Positions 1 through 9,344 of a stretch of DNA of 41,381 nucleotides are shown in pieces. The notes beneath the pieces were generated by a model. That model saw nothing but the letters and a program-made list of their open reading frames with translations. It ran no database searches and was not told where the DNA came from. The stretch covers positions 1 to 41,381 of the forward strand of contig MU271589.1 in the NCBI GenBank assembly GCA_021432655.1, given 5' to 3'. Every line of letters starts with the position of its first letter. The first letter of the stretch is position 1. This stretch comes from Atractiella rhizophila (taxonomy: Eukaryota). Both the position numbers and the translations under genes were made by a program.

Positions 1-171
1 GTCCGCCGTCGCTCGTCAAGAGCTCGCTTCTCCTCTTCCCACACCCGTTGCTGATTCTTGATCAGCAGCGGGTGCCAGGACTGTAACCATCAAACAATTA
101 TTCAGTAATTGTAATGCAGACCGATGGATGGAGGGACGCACCTTCTTCATGTTCAAGTCACCTCCTCCCAT
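1..171 (-). CDS. CWC25: Pre-mRNA splicing factor Cwc25, 5' part (exon1 171-142, intron 141-81, exon2 80-1, runs off window)
   Basis: Spliced translation MGGGDLNMKK|SWHPLLIKNQQRVWEEEKRALDERRR matches the Cwc25/CIR N-terminal motif; GTGCGT...TTACAG intron. Confidence 0.93.
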
Positions 172-333
172 TTTGGTCGATTATTAGCTCAGAAATTAAC
201 ACAAATTCGGTATCTCTTCGAGTCTCGAAGGTCGGGATAATCAATGCTTTCTGGTACTTGGTAATTCAGCGTTCAGTTGTCGCCACCTGCGAAAGCCCCA
301 AGAGTGGGAGGTCCAAGCCCCCAGTTCACCAAA

Positions 334-346
334 CACGTGACACGTG
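334..346. promoter_or_regulatory. Tandem CACGTG E-boxes upstream of CWC25
   Basis: cacgtg-a-cacgtg about 165 bp upstream of the CWC25 ATG; bHLH (Cbf1-type) binding is inferred only. Confidence 0.3.
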
Positions 347-714
347 CCAGATTGCTCCAGTGTGATATCTTCATGTTCTGGTTCTTTCACGTTTGTTTGA
401 TTTTTGGATCGGCCTCTGCCTAATAAGATTTTGCCTATACCATGAACATTACCAGAAATGAAAACGAAGAAAAATTACCACGATCTCACGGACATTGTTG
501 TCTATCCAGCCGCAATAGAATAGCGATAATCTGGTTCTTTGCAAATACCGAAGGTATGATATACACAATTACTTCAAGCTTCAAGTTACTCAGACAGAAT
601 AATCCACTAGACAGCATAAATCGCATCATGAACGTCATGATAACATATACAAGCAAGAATCCTCGTTCAGGACAATGTGAACGAAATGCGCATCTACTGC
701 AACTCAGAGTTGCA

Positions 715-2668
715 TCACTTCCACGGTGCACGGTTGCCCTCTCTATTGATGCTGCTCATCGTCTTCTTCCCGATCGTACCTGGAGTCGTCCCCTTCTTCT
801 TGACAGTTCCGCCAACACCTGGCCCATCCATTCTCGATCTGGCAATGGCGCGGCTCTTCGTGTTTGAGCCCAAAGTACTATGCTTCGAGACGGCTCGGAC
901 TTTTGGCGTAGTTGTAGACAAGAGAGGCTTCTCCTTCTTCGGCGTCACGTTCGCTTTTCCTGGTGATAAGCCAACAGGTGGAGGAGAAAGCGCGATGGGA
1001 GTTGCGGAGCGCGAGCCACAGTCCTCCGAACGGCCCTTGGAGGGTTCAGAATCCTCGAAGGTTTGAGTCCTCGAGAGGGAACCAGAAGCAGAAGCCTCAT
1101 CTGTCTCTACGGAGGCAATCTTCGATCCTTCTCCTTCAGTAAGCTTCCCTTCGTCATCGGTCGTCTCATTATCAATGCGCACGAAAGATTCGTCACCCAA
1201 CGAAGCAGACTCGCTAACAATGCGTACTCTGGGGGTCTTGGGTATCTGAGCGGGAGCAGCTGAAGCTATAAAATTGACAGAATAAATGAGCTGTATGTGC
1301 AAGAGGAAGAGAAGAAGAAATAGAAATACCTTTCTTCTTGCCCCGCAGAAGGCTCTCCTTTAGATCAAGCTTCTTCCAGCTCGGTCCCTTTGCCAATTTC
1401 GCAGCTGCAGGGGTGGGTTTTGCTGTGACCTTCGCCTTTATAGCTGTTGTTGTTGAAGTTGAAGTTGAAGTTGAAGCTGGAAGTGAGTCCTTGTCTTTCC
1501 CTTGTGTCAAATTCTTGAAACCGGCGGTCGCAGCCTTGAAGATGCCTGAACGTCCAATCGTTCCTGAAGAAACTACAGCAGGCTTCTTCGCTTTTTGCAG
1601 CGTCGAGATAGCCTCAGGATTGATAATAACGGCGGGGTTCGCACCATCAGGATTCCTCTTTGTCAAAGCCATGGAGATTGGCCGAATTCCTACTTGCACA
1701 TCTTCAATTCCAGCACTCGGTGAGAAAGAGAGCGAAACAGACCCGTGCCAAATACTCCGCGCTTTGGACCGACAGTAGTCTTCCCGAGACTCTTCCGTCT
1801 CTTTCTCGCGCTTTCCAATTGAGCTTTCTTCCTAGCTGCCTCTCTTTCTGTCACAATCTTCTTCTGCTCTATCCCTGTAGGAGGCGCTGGCGCGTTTGCA
1901 AGGGTGAGACGGGAATCGCTTGTGGCAGCAGTGGAAGGTTTGAAGCGTTTTGCGTTGCGTTCGCCATCAGGAGCTGGTCTCTTTCCTGGCCGATCAACGA
2001 TACTCGCCATCCTGCATCTCAGCATTAAATTCTGTAGGAGAGATGAGGAGAAGAGCGCACTTGGAAAATTCGCGCTCGTGAGCGTCGTCAAACCTACCCT
2101 TCCTCTTCATGGTCCCAGCTCGTGCACCCATCTCTCGAAATGTTGCTTTGAATTCAGCTTCAACTTCAGGCAGGACTTCCCCTCCACCTATTTCCACTCT
2201 TCGGTTCAGCTCTCTCATCATCTTCTCAGCCGCTGTCAGCCCTGATGTGGACGCTTCAGGAGCGGAAGTTGATCCCATTGGAGGATGCTCGGTATCCACG
2301 TCCATGTCCTGGTTTCCATAAGACCCAGCAGATTTTCCCTCGTTATTACCGCTGGAAGCAGAAGGAGCAAATGCGGCTGGAAGAGGAGGAACAGGAACCG
2401 TCGCCACGTCCTCTGGACCAAGGATGGACATTTTCTTCTTGAAGTTAAACGGCGTGTTTCCAGCATCTGCCACCTTCATAGGTTTGAAAGGCGTGCCGCC
2501 GTTTCTTTCTCTCCTAGGGAGAGACTTGATGGCTCTGCCCATTGTCGATGGCGCAAGAATAGGCAGAGGAGAAATAGCAGGAGTCGGAGAGGCCTGCGTG
2601 CCGGAGACGAGACGGATTCCAGCTGGAGTTCCAGATGTCTGTTTGGGAGTTTCGCAGATAAGTTGGGC
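715..2668 (-). CDS. SAP-domain/NuSAP-like protein, copy A (native C-terminus; N-terminal part in gap)
   Basis: Exons 2668-2061, 2011-1743, 1689-1330, 1265-715 joined by GT-AG introns in consistent phase; RFDDAHEREFSK|MASIVD motif; basic Ser/Thr/Pro-rich tail. Confidence 0.75.
1677..2668. repeat. Segmental duplication, copy of 5291-6283
   Basis: Direct repeat, about 39 substitutions and one intronic 1-bp indel in ~990 bp (manual count). Confidence 0.97.
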
Positions 2669-3524
2669 NNNNNNNNNNNNNNNNNNNNNNNNNNNNNNNN
2701 NNNNNNNNNNNNNNNNNNNNNNNNNNNNNNNNNNNNNNNNNNNNNNNNNNNNNNNNNNNNNNNNNNNNNNNNNNNNNNNNNNNNNNNNNNNNNNNNNNNN
2801 NNNNNNNNNNNNNNNNNNNNNNNNNNNNNNNNNNNNNNNNNNNNNNNNNNNNNNNNNNNNNNNNNNNNNNNNNNNNNNNNNNNNNNNNNNNNNNNNNNNN
2901 NNNNNNNNNNNNNNNNNNNNNNNNNNNNNNNNNNNNNNNNNNNNNNNNNNNNNNNNNNNNNNNNNNNNNNNNNNNNNNNNNNNNNNNNNNNNNNNNNNNN
3001 NNNNNNNNNNNNNNNNNNNNNNNNNNNNNNNNNNNNNNNNNNNNNNNNNNNNNNNNNNNNNNNNNNNNNNNNNNNNNNNNNNNNNNNNNNNNNNNNNNNN
3101 NNNNNNNNNNNNNNNNNNNNNNNNNNNNNNNNNNNNNNNNNNNNNNNNNNNNNNNNNNNNNNNNNNNNNNNNNNNNNNNNNNNNNNNNNNNNNNNNNNNN
3201 NNNNNNNNNNNNNNNNNNNNNNNNNNNNNNNNNNNNNNNNNNNNNNNNNNNNNNNNNNNNNNNNNNNNNNNNNNNNNNNNNNNNNNNNNNNNNNNNNNNN
3301 NNNNNNNNNNNNNNNNNNNNNNNNNNNNNNNNNNNNNNNNNNNNNNNNNNNNNNNNNNNNNNNNNNNNNNNNNNNNNNNNNNNNNNNNNNNNNNNNNNNN
3401 NNNNNNNNNNNNNNNNNNNNNNNNNNNNNNNNNNNNNNNNNNNNNNNNNNNNNNNNNNNNNNNNNNNNNNNNNNNNNNNNNNNNNNNNNNNNNNNNNNNN
3501 NNNNNNNNNNNNNNNNNNNNNNNN
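2669..3524. other. Assembly gap
   Basis: 856 N. Confidence 1.
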
Positions 3525-3813
3525 GTCGTCTGCTCAGCTTCTTTGTGGCAAATAATTACAGTTGCGGTAGTAGCTTCCCTGCATCCCTCAGCAACGAGTA
3601 GGAGCTCAGGAGTGGCCGGGAAGTGCGGGACTTTGCAGGTGTCGAAAACCGCGACACCGTTCTTTGTACCCAACTTTCGATTACCTTTCCATGCAACCGA
3701 CGTAAATAGTATTATTTACATAGTTACCCCTGGACACACACGCTGCGTCTTACAACTTTAGTAGCTTGCTGATTTTCTTGTACCGGTTTAAGACGCCGTC
3801 GTTCTTTTGTTCC

Positions 3814-3908
3814 TTGTTTGGTCCTATTCTCATGAAATGGCGTGCACTTGGTCGTTGAGTTTGGCACAACAAGTGCTGCGGAAACGCGAGCAGTCAGGTG
3901 ATACAAGA
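3814..3908. repeat. 95-bp exact copy of 7370-7464 (upstream region of the NuSAP-like gene)
   Basis: ttgtttggtcctattctcatg...gtcaggtgatacaaga is identical at both positions; homology stops exactly at the LTR start (3909). Confidence 0.95.
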
Positions 3909-4280
3909 TGTGAATACGGCGTATACGGAAAGGTTAAGGTTTAGAAATGCGGGAGTGCTGGATGCGAGTTGAGACTGGGAACAAGTCTGAATTTACATAG
4001 TTGTACGATAGGCCTTATATAAACATGAAATACCAATGATACCATAAACAATCATCGAATATGCAAGAGAGCAAAGTAACAATCATAAGAGACGGAATAG
4101 GGGAGTAAGGAGAGATACTAACAATCATTAAAGGATCACCTAATGCGTGACCTGAATGTTGCAATGAGGGGGAGAATGATGGGGAGAGAAGAGGTGTTGG
4201 AAGGACAGGGAATTCCCCAAAGTGGTGTCGAAGCAGTAGACGGGAACCATGACTCTAACGGAGGAGTCATCGTATCCACA
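3909..4280 (-). mobile_element. 3' LTR (372 bp) of a Ty3/Gypsy element
   Basis: TG...CA ends with 9/10 inverted termini TGTGAATACG / CGTATCCACA; minus-strand polypurine tract GAGAAGGGGATGA at 4281-4293; lies downstream of an integrase C-terminus. Confidence 0.88.
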
Positions 4281-5290
4281 TCATCCCCTTCTCAACCTGA
4301 GCCGTCTCAGGCTCATGGAAAGATAAAAGAAATAGAATCAAACAGATACACAACCGGAGCAAACAGAAACCAAAGAAAACAGAAGTAAGAGTAAGACAAC
4401 ATATTAGAAACAAGACAATAAACGCTAGAGAGGGAAAACCCGGTCTTAGTATACGAAACGCTCGAATACAGCTTACGGGAAACAAAACCTCAAAAGCAAA
4501 ACGAAAAGTTAAGTAAGACTTAGAAACCCTTATACATCATTTGCTAGCAGGCTGAGGTATCCTTCAGATCCTGAAGTCCTCGAGGTGCTGAGGAGGGCGA
4601 GCAAGTCGTCCAGAGCGCAAAGGAACCGAAGAGGAGGTTCGTGGTCGTGGATGATTGTCGTGTACGATGGGGGGAGCAGGACGTGGCTGTCTAGCCCTTC
4701 GAGGCAAAGGTACTGGTGGTGGACGAGGAGGTGGTGGAGGTGGGCGAGTCCGCAAGGTCCTAGTTGAAGGTGCAGGGCGTTGGCGAGTCCGTGCAACAGA
4801 GCGTGCGATCGGAGGGGGTTGAGGAGTGGAAGGAAGCGGAGGAGGCGTAGGCACTCGTGGAATGGGGGGAGGAGTCCAGACACGAGGTGGTTGAGGAGAG
4901 ATAGGTCGAGGAGGGACGATTGGTCGAGAGTGGAAGTCTTGAGCAGCTCGATCTTGAGTTTGTAGTCGTTGTGTCGAGTACCAGAGGTCCGGATTCGTAA
5001 TAGAATGTTTCGTTCTAAACAATTTCAGCTTTTCTCCGTTGATGAGCGTCCTCAACACATAGCCATGTGTTGTCTCCAGCTGGTAAGCCCCATTATCCGA
5101 CATCCCCTTAATCTTGAAGGGTCCATCCCATTTAGGCTGCAACTTGTTAGCACGCCTATCGTTCCACCTAAGTACCAAGTCCCCAATAACAAACCCTTGG
5201 TCGGCATAGGTTTCGTCTCGATCCTGCGCTCGTCGTTCTCGAATGTCATAGGCTCGTTGGGCGGCTTGGGCTCGAATATCTGTGAGGTCA
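4281..5290 (-). mobile_element. Ty3/Gypsy internal 3' fragment: integrase C-terminal GPY/F region, Pro-rich tail, 3' UTR and PPT
   Basis: ORF 5290-4564 has FVIGDLVL...KLQPKWDGPFKI...GAYQLE, typical of Ty3/Gypsy integrase C-termini; truncated at 5290. Confidence 0.85.
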
Positions 5291-7337
5291 ATTGGCCGAA
5301 TTCCTACTTGCACATCTTCAATTCCAGCACTCGGTGAGAAAGAGAGCGAAACAGACCCGTGCCAAATACTCCGCGCTTTGGACCGACAGTAGTCTTCCCG
5401 AGACTTTTCCTTCTCTTCCTCGCGCTTTCCAATTGAGCTTTCTTCCTCGCTGCCTCTCTTTCTGTCACAATCTTCTTCTGCTCTATCCCTGTAGGAGGCG
5501 CTGGCGCGTTAGCAAGAGTGAGACGGGAATCGCCTGCGGCAGCAGTGGAAGGTTTGAAGCGTTTTGCGTTGCGTTCGCCATCAGGAGCTGCTCGCTTTCC
5601 AGGCCGATCAACGATACTCGCCATCCTGCATTTCAGCATTAAATTCCGCAGGAGAGAATGAGGAGAAGAGCGCACTTGGAAAATTCGCGCTCGTGAGCGT
5701 CGTCAAACCTACCCTTCCTCTTCATGGTCCCAGCTCGTGCACCCATCTCTCCAAATGTTGCTTTGAATTCAGCTTCAACTTCAGGCAGGACTTCCCCTCC
5801 ACCGGTTTCCACTCTTCGGTTCAGTTCTCTCATCATCTTCTCAGCTGCCGTCAGCCCTGATGTGGACGCTTCCGGAGCGGAAGTCGAAGCCATTGGAGGG
5901 TGCTCGGTATCCACGTCCATGTCGTGGTTTCCATAAGACCCAGCGGATTTTCCCTCGTTGTTACCGTTGGAAGCAGAAGGAGCAAATGCGGCGGGAAGAG
6001 GAGGAACAGGAACCGTTGCCACGTCCTCTGGACCGAGGATGGACATTTTCTTCTTGAAGTTGAACGGCGTGTTTCCAGCATCTGCCACCTTCATAGGTTT
6101 GAAAGGCGTACCGCCGTTTCTTTCTCTCCTAGGCAGAGACTTGATGGCTCTGCCCATTGTCGATGGCGCAAGAATCGGGAGAGGAGAAATAGCAGGAGTC
6201 GGAGAGGCCTGCGTGCCTGAGACGAGACGGATTCCAGCTGGAGTCCCAGATGTCTGTTTGGGAGTTTCGCAGATAAGTTGGGCGGTGGTTTGTTTGGGAG
6301 GGGTAGGAGGAGGATAGATGGGAACTGAAGAAAACGAGTCTTCCATCTGAGGTGAAAAGTTGAAGGACTGCTCGCCAATCGTCATATCTGCAGCAAGATC
6401 CAACGAAGGCTGAGCCATTGAGAATGTGTCGACAGTTGCAGTTGTCCCCGGAGCAGGAGGCAAGACAGAGGTCGACGGTGGCGTAGTTGGGGCGACGGCG
6501 GAAAGAGACGCTTCAAACGGATTCCGTTCCATTCCATGACTAACTTGAGGAGGAATAATAGCAGTCTCGTCTCCCTCCAACTCAGCCTTATCCTCACTCT
6601 CAGCGTCTTGCCAATCTCCCACTAGTGCCTCCTCATCTTTCGCTTTGTTTCGAGACGGAGACCAGTTTCTCAAACTGCCGAAACTTTTCTTCAGGCTCAA
6701 CCCACTCAATGACTTCTTCAGACTCGAGGCGATGCCAGAGGCAAAGATGGAATGGATGCTCTTGTTTGATTTCGTAGATTTTATGCTTCCACTTCGCTTC
6801 GCGAGATCTGCAGCTGAACGTGTAGGAGTGGAAACGACGCCGACTTCGACGTCTTCAAATTCCGGCAGGATCTTCCCTAACGTAGGTTCGGGGAGAGGTG
6901 CGTTGGATCGAGGTGACGTTGGATCTTCGGACGAGTTGTTGAAGGCGAGAGATTCCTTTGAAGGGTTGGCGAGCGAAAAGGTGAAGATAGAGCCAACGGA
7001 CTTGTTGAGGAGAGATTTGGCGGGAGAGGACTTGGAGGGAGAAGCAGGAGGGGCGACCTCGTCCCCATCTTTCTGAGGAGAAACCCCTTGTTCTTGCTGC
7101 CGCAGAATGTGGCCATGTTCTTTCAGTCGTTCGATGATTTCAACATTCTGCGTCGCACACACAGGTCCCATTGATACATTTCTTATGACAATGCAGCGAA
7201 CGCACCTTTCCATTAGCTTTCAACCCATGTTTCTTGCACAGCGCCAAAAGCTGTGGACGTTTCAGGGCGTGAAGGGCTGGTGACGACTCGAGGATGAGCA
7301 ACGACTCCCTGCGTCCCTTCGATGATGGCGTTGACAT
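4564..7337 (-). CDS. NuSAP-like protein copy B, predicted in-frame fusion to the retrotransposon integrase tail (~870 aa)
   Basis: Exons 7337-7206 (SAP-like LHALKRPQLLALCKKHGLKANGK), 7147-5676, 5625-5357, 5303-4564, total 2613 nt, all phases compatible; host GIRPI reads into DLTDIRAQ at 5291/5290. Confidence 0.65.
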
Positions 7338-7470
7338 TAATAAACGGTGTTTCTTTGACTCGTCTGCTGTTGTTTGGTCCTATTCTCATGAAATGGCGTG
7401 CACTTGGTCGTTGAGTTTGGCACAACAAGTGCTGCGGAAACGCGAGCAGTCAGGTGATACAAGAGTGAAC

Positions 7471-7528
7471 GTCACGTGCTCTTTACTTCCCTACTTCAAG
7501 TTGTCTTGTCCCACGTACCTAGACGCGT
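7471..7528. promoter_or_regulatory. GTCACGTG and ACGCGT (MCB-like) motifs in the divergent promoter
   Basis: gtcacgtg at 7471-7478 and acgcgt at 7523-7528, upstream of the putative mitotic NuSAP-like gene; function inferred. Confidence 0.3.
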
Positions 7529-7737
7529 ATCTCGACGCACCTGGTGAGCTAACAGCAAAGACACCTCCATATCTTACGGGTGCCAGTTGTCACACGGTTT
7601 CCAGATTCCAGTCGGCGCTCCCGCTTCCTGCTTCCAGGAGCACTTGCACAGGATCATATAGAACCTTGGCCAGATATATCTGAAAATTTTTCGTCGCTCT
7701 TTACATAAATTTCAATCGCTCATTTACTTGGAACATC

Positions 7738-9066
7738 ATGCTACTCAGGCTCTCTCTAATATCCTTTGCGTTTCTTGCGCTTTGCCTTCCCTCCCTCGCT
7801 CAGGCGTTGCACGGTCAGAAGAGAGATCATACCGATCTGTCAAAGCTCTTAGGACCTTTAACACCATCAACAGATGAGGGTATGGACGACGCTGGATCGC
7901 TCATCAGCGAACTGAACGCAGACGTGTCATCTCTTCTTGAGGGTCATTCTGTCTGCTCCCATTTCATGTTGGTTCTAAACATTCGTCACAGCTCTTCCCG
8001 ATTCGGATGTAACGGCCTCCTTCGTTCCTTCTCTCAAAGCGATCACTTCAGCTCTCACTGGCGAAAGCACTTACGCCGTGAAGGAACTCCTCTCATGTCT
8101 TTCCGTTCTGAACTCGATGGCCGTCCCTGAAGATTACAAGTGCCTCTCTCCATCTGGAGCTTCTTTTACGGCTGTCAGAACGGCTATGACCGCTATGATT
8201 GAACGCAGTGCTGAAATACTGGGTCCAAAGAGTGTTAATCTCCTCCTAGGAAGTGAGTAACTGATTTATCCACAAGTTGTTCTTGATTGACATACGAAAA
8301 TAGAGCTTGACGAAGCGCTGGACCCCTTGACCCCTCTCTTTCCTCCCCTGAAGGATATTCGAGAACATTTCTCCTCCGCACTGAAGAGCATCGCCGCCTC
8401 TCTCTCCGGCAATGCAGTCACGGCCTTTTCCCTGCTGCAATCTTGTCTACTGGATGCTCCAGTCGCACCATACAACCCCGCCTGCCTCATTTCATCGTTC
8501 TCGCCGATTCAAAACATTTTCCCCACCTTCTTCGACCAAACGCTCGGCATTCTCCTGCCTACAGAAATCGACGGCTTAACGGAAGCTCTCACCCCCGTCT
8601 TTAATAAAGGACCCCTGAAAGACACGTACAACGATATTAAGAACGCTTTGAAATCGGTCGCCTCCTCAGTTGGAGGGAATGGCGCAACACAGTTAGATCT
8701 ACTGGCAGGATGTTTGACGGATGCATTGTTTAGCGATGGAACAAGGGTAGCTCAGCTCTGCACGAGCAAAGAGTTGCTGGATCCGAACGTCACTGCTCTC
8801 GCGTGAGTCTACCTCTCACTCTCAAATATGTTCTGTTGCTGATTTAGTTTTGGACGAACAGGGGTTCGTACGATCAGCTGCACAACGTGCTGGCACCCAG
8901 TGTTGTCATGGACCTTAAAGACCTCGTTGTGCAAGTTGGGGCAAGTAAAGAAGCCGAGTCTGTCAGAAGTTATTTTGTGAAGCAGGGTCGGGATACTCCT
9001 GTTGAGGTTCAAAGGATTCTGCAAGGTCGAAGAAAGCGCAGAATGACGCGGATGTTATCAACCTGA
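7738..9066 (+). CDS. Secreted alpha-helical repeat protein of unknown function
   Basis: Signal peptide MLLRLSLISFAFLALCLPSLAQA then KR; exons 7738-7942, 7992-8252, 8304-8802, 8862-9066 in phase; three LKxIxxxLxG...L.xCL repeats. Confidence 0.7.
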
Positions 9067-9161
9067 AGCTAGTGAAGTTTCGAAAATGAGGCACGAAGAA
9101 GCGAAAGTTGCGTTTGTGCACGTGAGGCGCTTACTTTGCTTGCAAGCAAAGTCGACCATCG

Positions 9162-9225
9162 CCTCACGATCAGGTCTGCTGCTCCTCACTCGCAAGCAGT
9201 CTTCATACGCGTTCTCTTTTTAAGT
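9162..9225 (+). repeat. Split direct repeat A1 (64 bp)
   Basis: cctcacgatcaggtctgc...tctttttaagt, identical to 16370-16433. Confidence 0.95.
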
Positions 9226-9344
9226 ACTGTCCAACACACCTCCCTACTCCTCCTGCTCCTTCCTAGCTTTCTTCAACCTCCTATCTCTCTTCCAGCATCG
9301 AAACGCGTCCCCCTCCCCCCTTCCGATCAGCCTTTTGTGCGGAC

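Noticed and set aside
1455..1478. (GAAGTT)n and similar short repeats at ~34156 and ~37945
   Set aside because: Ordinary coding microsatellites (TS, RA/KG and EVK runs)
1994..3761. Long ORFs of 438-559 aa in the ORF track
   Set aside because: Artefacts of translating through the N gap
4564..4900. Chromodomain at the integrase end
   Set aside because: The tail is Pro/Arg-rich low complexity with no chromodomain aromatic pattern
3904..5295. Target-site duplication around the Gypsy fragment
   Set aside because: caaga left of the LTR does not recur at 5291 (attgg); the element is truncated and the 5' LTR is absent
9174..9224. Repeat A as an intron (GTCTGC...TTTAAG)
   Set aside because: Right size, but no branch motif at a suitable distance; unsupported without RNA data
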